DNA from: the human T2T-CHM13v2.0 reference genome, Homo sapiens
Direction: 5' to 3' (one strand)
DNA: 64,000 nucleotides
Assembly: GCF_009914755.1 (NCBI RefSeq)
Contig: NC_060926.1
The position numbers and the translations under genes were made by a program. The notes beneath the pieces were generated by a model, which was not told the DNA's origin, did not search any database, and saw only the letters and a program-made list of their open reading frames with translations. Of this stretch, positions 13,072-27,730 are shown piece after piece (the first letter of the stretch is position 1; each line of letters opens with the position of its first letter).

Positions 13072-13653
13072 ATATGGGCCTTAGCAATCACCTCCACATG
13101 GCCCCTGCTCTCTGGTCTCTCACTTGGCAATGCTTCTTGCATGCCCCCATAGACCGCGTGTGCTACACCTCCAATGGGAACATATGCCCCAGCTTCAGCA
13201 TGTCTGCTCACCCTTCCCCAGCTACCCCCTAATCTTCCAACGTGTTAAAGTCTAGATCCCTCAAGGACATGTAAGTCAAGAACTTAACTTGGGTCACTTA
13301 AATTGCCCCCTTAAATCCACTCTAAAGTTAGGTCCAGGCATTAACCCATCTAATAGGTAAGAGTGAGGAAAGATGAAGTTACAAACAACTTGAGGTGAAC
13401 TGTGCCTCCAAATTAAGCCAGTTCTGTTGAAAAGCTTCAACTCGAGATTGGAGAATAAGACATGAATTCTCCCAGAAGTCAGAGATCTGTGCCCCTGTTA
13501 AAATACTAAGTTCATCATAATAATTATGGCATAGTAATAATAACGAATGATGTTGGGCTATTCAAAAATGAGGTTAAGCCTTGCGGGTTTACAAGATCAT
13601 CCATGGAAAGTCCCATCACTGAGATCTCTTCAGAGTCTTGAAAATCCGATCTT

Positions 13654-13960
13654 AGCCAGGTGCGGTGGCTCACGCCTGTAATCCCAGCACTTTGGGAGGC
13701 CGAGGCGGGCAGATCACTTGAGGTCATGAGTTTGAGACCAGCCTAGCCAACATGGAGAAACCCCGTCTCTACTAAAAATACAAAGATTAGCTGGGTATGG
13801 TGGTGCGCATCTGTAGTCCCAGCTACTTGGGAGGCTGAGGCACAAGAATCACTTGAACCCAGGAGACCGAGGTTTCAGTGAGCCGAGATCACGCCACTAC
13901 ACTCCTGCCTGGGCAACAGAGCGAGACTCCATCTCAAAAACTAAATAAATAAATAAAATA
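13654..13960 (+). mobile_element. AluS
   Basis: Full dimer with a (TAAA)n tail and a degenerate TSD aaaatccgatctt / aaagtccgacctc. Confidence 0.95.
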
Positions 13961-14565
13961 AAGTCCGACCTCATCCAGGTGGGAGTTCCCTAGTGGCTGG
14001 AGTTGGGGAGCACAGAGGAATGGAATGTGCACCTGAGGAGTCTTTCTTCAGAGCTCTTCTAAGAAGGACTACCCCCAACATGTCTAGGCAATAAAGCTGA
14101 ATATCATGCACCTCTTAGCTAAGCAACTAAATCTTTAGAAACCAAAATAACATGTAAGCAAAAGGAAAGTAAACATGCAACATATGACCCCATTCAGACC
14201 CGGCTTCAGAGCTCCTACCCCACTCCCCACCCTCACCTCCCTTGGTGAGCTTAAGTGTTTAGCCAAATATTTTCAAACCATATTTTTCCTACTGAGCTGG
14301 CCAGAAAAACATAAATATCATACCAGGCACAAATTACTTTAAGGAAATAATAATTCTTCTCTTAACACACAGTCTTTTTTTCTACAAGAAAAATGGAAGA
14401 AATCAAATTTTAGATACAAAACCTATGTCTTTCAGGTTCCAGGTACCCTATCTGTGACCCTTCTGACCCATCATGTCGATATGAAAGATGAACCCTGCTA
14501 AGCCACATGCACAGGGCTGCACCCCCACAAGTGCTGCTAAGGCTGCAAAGTTCCCCTCTTGTGAC

Positions 14566-15159
14566 TGTATTCGTTTTATGTTGGTGCATATCAAATTATC
14601 ACAAACTTAACAGCTTCACACAACACCCGTTTGTTACATACAGTTTATTAGGTCAGAAGTCTGGGTGTGGTATGCCTGCATTCTCCCTTCAGGGTCTCAT
14701 AGGACTGAACTCAAAGCATCAGATGAGCAGTGTTGTTTTCTAGAGGACCAAGGGAAGATTCTGCAAGCTCATTTAAGTTGTTGGATGAATGAATTGTAGA
14801 GCGGAAGTCCCTACAGAACCACAAGGAAACTGAACTCTCCTTGTTGGCGGCCATCAATATTCCCTGCCATTTCTTACACCCCAGCAATTGAGTATCTCCC
14901 TCGCATCCACCCCTCTTAGATTCCAAATCTCTTGCACCAACAAGAGCCCGGGCCTTTCTAAAGGTTCACCCAATTAGGTCAGGCTCACCCAGGATAGTCT
15001 CTTTTCTTTACAGTCAACTTATTTGGGACCTTAACTACATCTGCAAAATCCCTTCATGGCAGCACCTCAATTCGTGTTTGACTGAACAGGTGGGAGAAGC
15101 CGTGTGTAAGCCAGGGGGACAAGCATCTTCGGCACCATCTTAGAAGTCCACCTACCACA
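14566..15159 (-). mobile_element. MaLR LTR (MLT1E-G type)
   Basis: Antisense MLT1 termini 'tgtattcgtttt...acaaacttaacagctt' and 'ccatcttagaagtccacctaccaca'. Confidence 0.8.
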
Positions 15160-15497
15160 GTGGTTTAGCCTTGGTTCACAGGCCTCATTGTCTTCTTTAT
15201 TCCAAAAGAGCAAGAAAGGTTCCCTTTCTTCTAATTATTTCAATATGCTAGAAAATGAAACTTATTTTGGAGCTGACAATCTATTCTGTGGCCAAATTGG
15301 CAAAATTTCAGAGACCAAATAAGATCTAGCCTACTCTGAAACCTGTTTGCACAGGGCCTGGTCTTAAAGTATCTTATCAGTTATTGCTATCATCAGAACA
15401 GCAGGGCACCTCCAGAGAATTCAGGCCCCATCCCAGACCTGCTCTTCCAGAATCTGCCTGTCAACAAGATTCCTGATCATTCATATGCACTTTCAAG

Positions 15498-16283
<786 letters not shown>

Positions 16284-16475
16284 TGCACTTTCAGGTTTGA
16301 GGAGCATTGGTGTCAACCACATGCCCGAGGACCAGAAATAAGTCATTTTTCTCTGGAAAATGCACTGAAGACGTGGTGAAGATTAAACAGCATGTCACCC
16401 CCTCCTCCACACAACTCACATTCATCCCTGCCCAGGCCAAGCCTTGGTAATGGATTAGGTCTATCCTATATCTAG

Positions 16476-16831
16476 TGTTATGGTTTAAATGCATGCGTAC
16501 CTTCAAAATTCATATGTTGGAACCTAACCCCCAAGTTAATGGTATTAAGAAGTGGGGTCCTTGGGAGATGATTAGGCCACGAGGGCTCCACTCTAATGGA
16601 TGGGATTATGCCCTTCTAAAAGAGGCCTCAGAGAGCTGCCGCCCCCATTTTGCCCCTCTACCCTGTAAGGACACCAAGATGCTGCCATCTATAAGGAAGA
16701 GGCTTTCACCAGACACTGAACCTGCTGACACCTTGATCTTGGACTTCTCAGTCTCCAGGACTGTGAGAAATAAACTTCTATTACCTATAAATTACCCAGT
16801 CTGTAGTATTTCTGTGGCCTAAACTAAGACA
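16476..16831 (+). mobile_element. MaLR solo LTR (MLT1A/MST type)
   Basis: TGTTATGG...CTAAGACA. TSD TCTAG at 16471-16475 and 16832-16836. Confidence 0.88.
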
Positions 16832-17299
16832 TCTAGCCAAGCTAGAGGACTCTCTTAACTTAGGCAATATTTCCCTAAAATCATTCCCATGTCCTGTGTT
16901 GCAGGCCTGAAGCTGGTGACTGAGGTGAGGCAAGTGCAGAGCTGACCCAGTGGGCTGGTTAGGGACCTTCTCTGTGACCCGGCGTAATAAGCACTGCCCT
17001 CACAGGGTCATAGGTGAAGCAGCTGGCATGGAATCAGTGCCCAGAGCAGGGCAGAGAGAGAAAGGAGAGTATGACGAGGCCACCTGCTCACTGAATAACT
17101 TCTAACAGCTTTCCAAGTCATCTGAGGCTGGTGTTCAGCTCCTCTTTCCAGCACATCTTCTGCCCCAATTAATTCTGGGACCCACCATGTGTCCAGAGAA
17201 ACGGGCACTCTGGGAAGCAGCCTCTGTCACTGGCCCCTTGGGCCTCTCATCATTACTCCACAGCTGTCTGCATCAGGAACCACAAGTCCATTATTGGGA

Positions 17300-17420
17300 G
17301 GCAGGATGCCTGCACTCTGGAAGCAGCCCTGGGTTCAAATCCTTTCTCACCGCTTTCCAGCCATGTGATAGTTTTGGCACAGTGCTGAAGCTCTCTGACT
17401 GATATTTTCCTTGGATACCT
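17300..17420 (+). mobile_element. MIR fragment
   Basis: 'cactctggaagcagccctgggttcaaatcc...ccatgtgat' resembles the MIR 5'/core region. Confidence 0.6.
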
Positions 17421-19670
17421 AATTCTCTTGGTTTGGCTTTCTCTGCCAGATGGCCATCACTGCCCAGGGCTAGGAGGGCCTTGGTTTTCAACTGCAGCCC
17501 CAACTTCTGGTGCTCACTGGGGTCACTCAGGTACACTGATTGATAGAGGAACACTCTCAAGGGTCTCAGATCAGCACTTAACAGTATCACTTCAGCTCAC
17601 AGCGAATTGGCCAGGACTGGTCACACTCTCCACCCAGCCATGAGGAGCAGGAGGTGCCAGCTGCCACACTAGGAAGTGGAGACTGTCCAGTGAGCACTGC
17701 TTATAATTGATGGAGAATGTGAGGATGGTCTCAAGGCCTCCAAAACCCCCCTTTTGGCCTCCCACGTTCTCAAAGCATTCTGAGACGGCAGGACATGATC
17801 TGAGGTGCCCTGGAGCCCTCTCTCTAACAGCAGATTTTCTGATGGATAACGAGGGGGCAGGGGTGTGTGTGGACTCAGTTCTTGGGGTGAGCACAGACTG
17901 ATCTCCAACTCCCCAGGCTCGCCCCAGCACCCGCGGAGCTGCGGGGCCTGTGTTGGCCCGCAGGTTTCCTATTCCATCATCCTGCAAGAAGATGGGGCTT
18001 CCCTAACAGAACCCAGACCTGTCACGCTGGTGAGGGGCTTCCCTGGGCCAAGAAGTCCCAGAGCCTGGCTGCTCGGTTTGTCATCTGTCAGAACACCAGC
18101 TCTGCTGCAGACTTTGAGGCTGGGCAGCCTGCTTTCTAGTCCCTTTTACTTCCCAGCAGAGTGACTGTGAGCAAGTCACATGACTTTAAAGTGACCAAAA
18201 GGTTCACTTGTTGGTCCTCAGTTTCATGAAAGGGCCTTAACAGCATCTCCCTCATAGGGCAGTAGGGAGGGTTCAAAGCCTCAGAGGATTGAAAGAGTCA
18301 GAAGACTGAACAGTTGGGGGACTAAATGCACCACGTTTGCTATGGAAACTCTCATCCTAAGAACTCTTGCTGTCACACCTCGGGGAGTGATAGATTGGGA
18401 TGCAGTTTTTTGGGTGGAGCCAGTATTCCTCCCTGTCCAAACTCTCACTCCCTGTTCTGCATGGGAAACGGAGCAGGCTTGCATTGTGTGCTGCCTGTGT
18501 CTGTGAAGTGCTCTGAACCCTGCCTGGCCCCGAGCGTACGCAGCTGTTACTAACTAGTGAGAGAGCTTCCAAAGCACATCCGCCGCTGATGGAGGCACAA
18601 CAAGGACCTGTTGGTTACTTTTTTTTTTTTCCCCCAAGTGAGGAACCAGCTTTCGAGTTCCTTCTTATTCTTCAGGGTTCCTATCACTGTGATGTGTACA
18701 TAAGGGGCAGCTCTGAACTTTTATTTTACAAACAAACTTCCTGACATGGGCCGGTTTGGATTCTTAACTGGGGCTCCTATCATGGATGGAACTGAGTTTG
18801 GGATGGTAAGTGCTGTATGCCTCCCAGCTTCGCTCCAAGCCCCGGCTGGGGACACCAGCAACAGCTGGACATCCCAGCCTGGCTGAGGACAGGCCCACCT
18901 GACCCCATCACACTCAGGTCCCAGCTATGGATCCAAGAGCCTCCAAGTTCTGCCACCCAGCAAAGGCGCCTGAGTGATTTCCCATGCTGTGGCTCAAGCC
19001 CATGGCAATCCAGTGGGGCATGTCCCACCAGAAGCTGTGCCCAGGAGCCTGATGACCACAGACAGTAGAAAAAGGGTGCAGAAGACAGAATTTTGCCTTT
19101 TGTCCCCATGGTAATTGGGGCTCCTTGTAAAGCTTGTGATACTCCACACCCCATATTTAGTAATTGGCAATGTTTATGCAAGTCATGCTCCAGTACCTTT
19201 GCTACAGTGAAGACCAGAGGGCCTTCTAAAGAACCAATTTTTTAGAGAGTATTTTTAATGGTGGTTGTTTTGGTCATTTCAAGCAATATAGGGGAAAAAA
19301 ATTACCTGTCCAGAAAAACCATTGTAACATGTTGTGATTCAAAGGGCTAATTTTGGATGACCCTCAGAAGTTTCTGGACTTTTACAATGGTCAGGTGTTC
19401 TCAGTGGGAAAGAGAGAAGCACCTCTTTAGCAAACAGAGATGATGGCAGGTACAGTCTGCTTTCTGATGCTCTACAAAATGTTTCATTCATGCAAGTGGG
19501 TTTTCTCAGGGCAGGGGTGGGAGGAGGCCCCCTCAGAGAAACTTCGAAAATCAGTAGGGCCTTTTCTGTCATCACCATGACAGGGAAGGGACACTGACAG
19601 AATTTGGCAGATGCAGTAAGAAATCCAGAACAATCCCTGACAACAAAGAATCATCCCACATCCCAAATGA

Positions 19671-19989
<319 letters not shown>

Positions 19990-20809
19990 CCCAAATGATT
20001 TTCAAACATCCTTGTTGACAGCCTCATGGGTAAAAATCTATTAATTACCTGAGCCTGGAACCTAATTCCATTTTATATGTAAACATTGTACGGGGTGTTT
20101 TTTACATGGCTTAAAATACACTGAATTTCCCAGGAATGCAACCATTGTACCCATCAAGAGAAGTCTGTATTTTGATTGGTTTGGAACTTTTCTACGAGCC
20201 GTTCTCCAGGCTGGACAATCTGATTACAAACAGCATTGCTTTCCAAGTATTTCAGTTGCCAGCACCACACCCCAGCTCCAGTCTGCATTTGTCAGTGACA
20301 GTGATTCTACGCTTAGGAGAAAGTCAGTGTGCAGACATCATTCAAAGAATCCTCTCACCAGCCGGGCACACTGTCAAGGGGCTTCTTGGGGTAGTGACTT
20401 AGAGACCTAAGTGAGGAAAAGAAAGCTGAAATATTTATCCTAGGTTCTCCAACATTTGAATGTATACCACTGACACAGAGCATAATTGCATCTAAGAGAA
20501 AAAAAGTCCATAATATAAAAGTCCCCTTTTGGGACAGGATGATTTGCGTAATCAGCATTCAGGTCATATGGCCTCCAAATCTACTCCAAGATTCTGTCTC
20601 CCACACTAAGAAGGACCTAGGCTCAACAAGAGACCTCCCTGGGCCTGAATATCCTTGCAGCTTACAGCTTTGCCATTCTCAGCAACTTCCCTACCTGGCT
20701 AAGGTCAAACACTACACCCATAGCCCAGTGACAGAGCCTGGATTTGGCAGCAACCAGTATACCCCTAGTTCTTCTCTCACCTACTGGGTAGAAGCCCCAC
20801 TGCCCAGTA

Positions 20810-20975
20810 CAGGAGTCAATGGGCCCAGATTCAAGTCTCAGTTCTCCCTTTGCCAGCCAGGTGGCCCCAAACTGAGTCCTCACACTTAGCTTCCATTTCC
20901 TGAGAGAACAGCAGTATCTTCCCCATAGGATTCGGTTAGGAGCTGCATGGGGTAAAGCAGTGGTCCCGGGGTCAA
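20810..20975 (+). mobile_element. MIR fragment
   Basis: 'ggagtcaatgggcccagattcaagtctcag...cccataggattc'. Confidence 0.5.
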
Positions 20976-21388
20976 TGTTAAGAGAAAGAGGTCTCTCCCT
21001 TACCAATGATGACCATCCCACTGCTGTGATGTCTGAATTCCACTGTCTTACAGTAGGTTTGGTGTAGCTCTGAGCTCAGGGGCAAGGTGAACCCCTTCCT
21101 TTACCTTCTATTCCAAATAACATCTCATCTTGAGGGTCCCTGGTCCAACTTAGAGGCATCCTAACACCCTGCTGGGGTAACACTGGAAGATTTGGCAAGC
21201 TTGTCACCCTCACAGTTTCACAAGTATGTGACTCCTCCCTGGGATTCTGCAGCGCTTGCCTGTCCTCAAATCTTCGTTTATAAGATTCTCCCACCATGAC
21301 ACTGAGCTCTGCAAGAGAAGGGGCTAAGTCTCGTTACCTTCTGTCTTCCCAGAGCCATCTACACAGTAGGTGTTTAACAAGTGTTGGT

Positions 21389-21577
21389 TGGATGAATGGA
21401 TGGTTGAATGGACAGACAGATGAAGGGATGGATAAATGGTAGATGGATGGACAAACAGTGAATAGTTAGATGGATGGACGGATGGATGGACGGATCGATG
21501 GACAGATGGATGGATGGATGGATGGATGGATGGATGGATGGATGGACAGATGGACAGATGAATGGATGGATGGATGG
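21389..21577. repeat. (GGAT)n degenerate tetranucleotide repeat following an L2 3' end
   Basis: Runs of GGAT/GGAC/AGAT, preceded by the L2 tail-like 'acacagtaggtgtttaacaagtgttggttggatgaat'. Confidence 0.9.
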
Positions 21578-24211
21578 TTGGTCGCTAGCTGCAAATACAG
21601 CCCAGGTGGGAAGCTACATGCAGGTGAGCATGGTTTCAAAGTGGCTCTCTCTGTTCCCAGGGAAAGAAAGCATCTCTCCTCTCCTGCCTGAGGCCCCCTC
21701 TCCCAGGCTCTCCAAAGCAGCTGAGCCAGGAGAAGCTGGTGGTAGTTTGGGTTCATCACAACATCTCAAATCATTTTTCAAACTCTTGGCCCAGCCCCTC
21801 AAACTCTTTGCCAAGCACTTTTGTCTTCGGTTTATACACTCTGGGGAAATGTTATCTGAATGTTTCCAATTCATTTATGCTCAGCTCATCAAAATGCCAT
21901 TTTATAAGAGCTGTCTAAACTCCAAAAGGTCTGGGAAACTTTCCCTTCCTATATTTATATGTGGAGAGCAGCCTGGTTTCTCCTGTTAAATGGAGGCCCT
22001 GCTGTGCCACCAGGCCCCACTCACTCTGCTTGCGCCTGGCTGCCCCATGACAACCTGGGGTAACTAAAGCACAGACACAACTCAGGCCATTTCAGGGCAG
22101 GAGGGCAGACTGGACACCACCCAGTCCACCTCACCTCCACACCCAACAAAGTCCTCTTGGACCCAGGGAGGAGACTAGGATGCCCAGTGCAAACGTTTTC
22201 AGAAAGAATCCTCCTGAGGTCACTGTCCTTAAGCACAAGTGAAGAGCTCAGAATTCTCAGGATCTTCAGGTAAGGAGGGACACACTCACCACATAGAGGC
22301 TTAGGGAGTCTCAGCTTCCTCATCCATTTCTTGCTGACAGGGCTTATGAGGTTTTAAACTAGAGAGTACCCTTCAAGCACCCAAAGCCCTGCCAGAGCCA
22401 GAGTCCCCTTAAAGAGAGGTCAGGAAGTGCTGGTGGGGGCTGCCTCCTCACCACCTTCAGCTCATTCTGCAGTGCAACCTGGAGTCAGAAAGAGAGTAAA
22501 TCAACAACACCTACTCTAGCACCCCCTCTCAGCTACTTAGGCTGTTGGCCTCCACCTTCATCCACTCCCGTCTGCAACTCCCTAAAGTGGAGATGGCTTC
22601 CTCACCCCACTCACTTCTCCTAAGCCCAGTTCAAGCTTCTCCTGCTGGAGGGTGGAGGAAGAACACCAGAAATCAGAACAAAGCAAAAATCAATAAAACT
22701 GAAAACAGAAAAATTAATACAGAAAATCAGTGAAACAAAAAGCTGGTTCTTTGAAAAGATCAATGAAATTGACAAATCTCAAGCAAGAAAAAAGAAAGGG
22801 AAAACACAAATCACCAACATCACAAATGAAATCGGAGATAAAGCCATAGCTATTGTAAACACTGCACAGATAATAAAGAAATACTACAAACAACACTACA
22901 TGCATAAATTTGACAACTTCAGTGAAATAACCCAATTCCTTGAAAAGTACCAACTACCACAACTCACCAAGATGAAATAGAGACTATCAATAGCCCTGAA
23001 ACTAATAAATAACTAATAATTTTTAAACTGTCTTAAAAAAACTCCAGGCCTAGATGGTTTCACAGAAGGAAATTCTAACAAATATGTTTAAAACACCAAT
23101 TTTATGCAATTTCTTCCAGAAAATAAAAGAAAGGAATACTTCTCAATTTATTTTATGAATCTAGTATCACCTGATAATAAAACCAAAGACAGTACAAAAA
23201 AAACTTAGAAACCAATACCTTTCATTAAGTATAGATGCTAAAATTCTTAACAAAATATTAATAAATAAAATTTAGTAATATATAAAAAGAATTATACCAC
23301 ATGACCAAGTGGGGTTTATTTCAGGGGTGCAAGGTTGGTGCAATACTTGAAAGTCAATCAATGTAATTCACCATCAACAGGAGAAAGAACACAAATCACA
23401 TGATCATATCAACTGATGTGGAGAAAACATTTGACAGAATTCAATACCCATTCATGACAAAATCTCTCAGAAAACTAGGAATAGATGAGAATATCAACTT
23501 GATAAACAACATCCACAAAAACGATGGCTAACACCAAACTTGATGAAAGTGAATGTTTTCCACCTAAGAACAAGGTAAGGATGTCTGCTGTCATGCTATT
23601 ATCAACTTAGTACTGAAAGTTTTAGTAGCACCATAGGCAAAAAAAAAAAAGTAAATAAAAGGAAAAGGCGTACAGATCAGAAAGAAAAAAAGTAAAGCGT
23701 TGCTCTTTGCAGATGACATGATGATGTCCATGGAAAACGCTATGAAATCTACCAAAAAATTAAAACTCCTAGATCCAAAAAATAGTGATGAAAGAAATCA
23801 AAGAACTAAACAAATAGATATACTATGTTCATGAATTGTAATAAACAACATAGTAAAGTTGCCAATTCTCCCAGATAGATGTACAGGTTTAAATAATTTC
23901 TATTGAAATCCTAGAAAGATATTTTTAAATATAAATAAGGTTATTCTACAACTTATATGGAAAATCAAATAAACTAGAATAGCTAAAACAATTTCAAAAA
24001 ATAAAATGGGAGGAGTCCCTTGGCCCAATTTTAAGAGTTATTGTATAGTTCAGTAATGAAGACTGTGTGATATTGGCAGGAAAATAAATGCACAGACCAA
24101 TGAAACAGAAGAGAAAGCCAACTGATTTTTGATAATGGTTCAAAAGCAATTCTATGGAAGAAGAGTAGTCTTTTCAATAAATGATGCTGGAGTAAGGGGA
24201 TGTTCAATGGC

Positions 24212-24272
24212 AAAAGGAAGGAAGGAAGAGGGAAGGAAGGAAGGAAGGAAGGAAAGAAGGAAGGAAGGAAAA
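24212..24272. repeat. (GGAA)n purine microsatellite inside the L1
   Basis: aggaaggaagg runs. Confidence 0.9.
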
Positions 24273-24324
24273 TTTTTTACTTACACCTCATTTTTTACAC
24301 AAAAATTAACTCAAAAAGAGATCA

Positions 24325-24750
<426 letters not shown>

Positions 24751-24874
24751 TTAAACTTGATACCAAAGCATAACCCATAAAGGAAAATAAATGACAAATC
24801 AGACTTTATCAAAGTTAAAGCTATTGCTCTGTGAAAGACCTTGGTAAAAAGATGAAAAGACAAACCACAGTCTA

Positions 24875-25441
24875 TGTATTAGTGCTCCGTTGCTTCCATA
24901 ACAAATTACCACAAATTTGGCAGCTTGAAACACCCATTTATTATCTCACATTTCTGTAAGTCAGAAATCTGGCAGGCTCAACTGGTTTCTTTGTTCCTAA
25001 TCTCCCATAGCAGGAAGGTTGTGTGCCTTTCTGGGGGCTCTGGTGATTAATACACTTTCAGGCTTATTCTGGTTGTTGGCAGAGTTCAGTTCCACGCAGT
25101 CATAGGATTGAGGTTCCCATTTTCCTACTGGCTGGCAGCCCAGGTTTATTCTGAGCTTCTAGGCTCTTCCCGCATTCCTTGGCTCCTGCCTTACTTCCTC
25201 CATCTTGAAGTCATCAGTGGTGGGTTGAGTCCTTTCTCACTCTTGGAATTACTCTGACCTCCTCTTCTGCCTCATCTCTTCTGTTTTCCTCATTCAGATA
25301 ATTCAAGAAAATCTTCCTATTTTGAAGTCAGCTGCTTAGTAACCTTAATTGCATCTGAAAATCCCTCACAGCAGTAGATCCGTGTTTGACTGAATAGGGG
25401 ATAAGGTTCTTGGGGAACATTTAAAAGTTAATCCTATCACA
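24875..25441 (-). mobile_element. MaLR LTR (MLT1E-G type) inside the L1
   Basis: Antisense MLT1 start 'tgtattag...ataacaaattaccacaaatttggcagcttgaaaca'. Same family as 14566-15159. Confidence 0.8.
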
Positions 25442-25616
25442 GACTTGGAGAAATAATTTGCAAACCATATTTGTGACAAAGAGCTTATATCTAAAATATA
25501 TTTTTTAACTCTTGAAAAACAGGAAAAAATTCAATTAAAAAATGGGCAAAGAGTTGACTGCAGGACAGTTTACAAATGCCAAATAAGCACACGAAAACAT
25601 GTTCCGCATTACAAGT

Positions 25617-26006
25617 TGATATAGTTTAGATATTTGTACCCTCGAAATCTCATGTTGAAATGCAATTCCTGATGGAGGTAGGGCCTGGTGGGAGGTTTTG
25701 GGTCATGGTGGCAGATCCCTCATAAACGGCTGGGTGATGGGTGAGTTCTTGCTCTGTGAGTTCACACAACAGCTGGTTGTTTAAAAGAGCCTGGCATCTC
25801 TCTTGCTTCCTCTCTTGCCATGTGACACACTAGCTCCCTTTTCACTTTCTGCCACGGCTAAAAGCTTCCTAAAGCCTCACCAGAAGAAAATGCCGCACCA
25901 TACCTCCTGTACAGCCTGCAGAACTGTGAGCCAAAATAAACCTCTTTTCTTTACAAATTACCCATCCTCAGGTAGTCCTTTATAGCAATGCAAACTAACT
26001 AACACA
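25617..26006 (+). mobile_element. MSTB-like MaLR solo LTR
   Basis: TGATATAGTTT...CTAACACA. TSD CAAGT / CAAGC. Confidence 0.88.
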
Positions 26007-26407
26007 CAAGCCATCAGGGAAATGCACATTAAAACCAATGATGATGTGATATCACGACGTACCTATTAGAACCTCTAAAATAAAAGTAGTAACAATGGCA
26101 AATGCTGATAAAGATGTGGAGAAACTGGGTCTCTCCCACATTGCCAGTAGGAACATAAAAATCTACAGCCACTCTGGGGAATAGTTTGGCAGTTTCTTAA
26201 AAAGCTAAACATACCCTTACCTTATAACACAGTAATTGCAATTCTGGGTATTTATCCCAGAGAAATAAAAACTTATGTCTGCACAAAAACCTTTATACAA
26301 ATATTCATTGTTACTTTATTTATAATAATAGCCAAAAACTGGAAACAACCAAAATATCCTTCAATGAGTGAATAGTTGAGCAAACTGTAGTATATCCATG
26401 CCATGGA

Positions 26408-27304
26408 TGTATTAGTCAGGGTTCTCTAGAGAAACAGAACCAATAGGTGTGCATGTGCATGCATGTGCGAGCGTGTGTGTGTGTGTGTAAAGAGAGAGAG
26501 AGATTTATTTTAAGAATTGCCTCACATGATTATGGAGGCTGGCAAGCCCAAAATCTGCAAGGTAGGCTGCCAGGCTGGAATGAGTTGAGGTTGCAGCTCA
26601 AGTCTCAAAGCAGTCAGCTGGCAGAATTCCCTCTTCCTTGGGTAACATCAGTCTTTGTTCTATTAAGGCCTTCAAATGATTGGATGAGGCCCACCCACAT
26701 TATAGAGAATAGTCTGCTTTACTCAAAGTCTACCGATGTAAATGTTAATCTCATCTTAAAAATACTTTCACAGAGACCGGGCGCAGTGGCTCACGCCTGT
26801 AATCCCAGCACTTTGGGAGGCCGATGTGGGTGGATCACGAGGTCAGGAGATTAAGACCATCCTGACTAAAGTGGTGAAACCCCGTCTCTATTAAAAAATA
26901 CAAAAAATTAGGCAGGCGTGGGCTGGGCACGGTGGCTGACGCCTGTAATTCCAGCACTTTGGGAGGCCGAGGTGGGCGGATCACAAGGTCAGGAGATCAA
27001 GACCATCCTAACACGGTGAAACCCCGTCTCTACTAAAAATACAAAAAATTAGCCTGGCGCAGTGGCGGGCGCGTGTAGTCCCAGCTACCTCAGGAAGCTG
27101 AGGCAGGAGAATGGTGTGAACCCTGGAGGCAGAGCTTGCAATGAGCCGAGATTGCGCCACTGCACTCCAGCCTGGGCAACAGAGCGAGACTCTGTCTCAA
27201 AAAAAAAAAAAAAAATACTTTCACAGAAACATCCAGAATAACGCATGACCAAATATCTGGGTACCATGACCTAGCCAAGTTGGCACATAAAATTAATGAC
27301 CACC
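26408..27304 (-). mobile_element. MLT2 (ERVL) LTR interrupted by a composite Alu
   Basis: 'tgtattagtcagggttctctagagaaacagaaccaatagg' through 'ccaagttggcacataaaattaa'. TSD ATGGA / ATGGC. Confidence 0.88.
26775..27210 (+). mobile_element. Composite AluY: left arm plus start of right arm, fused to a full AluY
   Basis: Partial Alu at 26775-26920, then a complete Alu at 26921-27210. A single TSD AAAAATACTTTCACAGA at 26758-26774 and 27211-27227. Confidence 0.93.
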
Positions 27305-27422
27305 ATGGCGTACTACTCAGCAACAAAAAAGAATGGACTATTGATATATGCCACAACTTGGATGGGTCTCTAGGGAATCCTGCTGAGTGAAAAAAAACAA
27401 AAAAACAAAAAACCCAGTCTCC

Positions 27423-27730
<308 letters not shown>

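Noticed and set aside
21466-21989. MDGW-repeat ORFs
   Set aside because: They are translations of a (GGAT)n microsatellite.
22660-24210. Reverse-transcriptase remnants (LFADDM)
   Set aside because: This is a heavily mutated ancient L1 ORF2 with many stops and deletions. It is not an active or novel RT.
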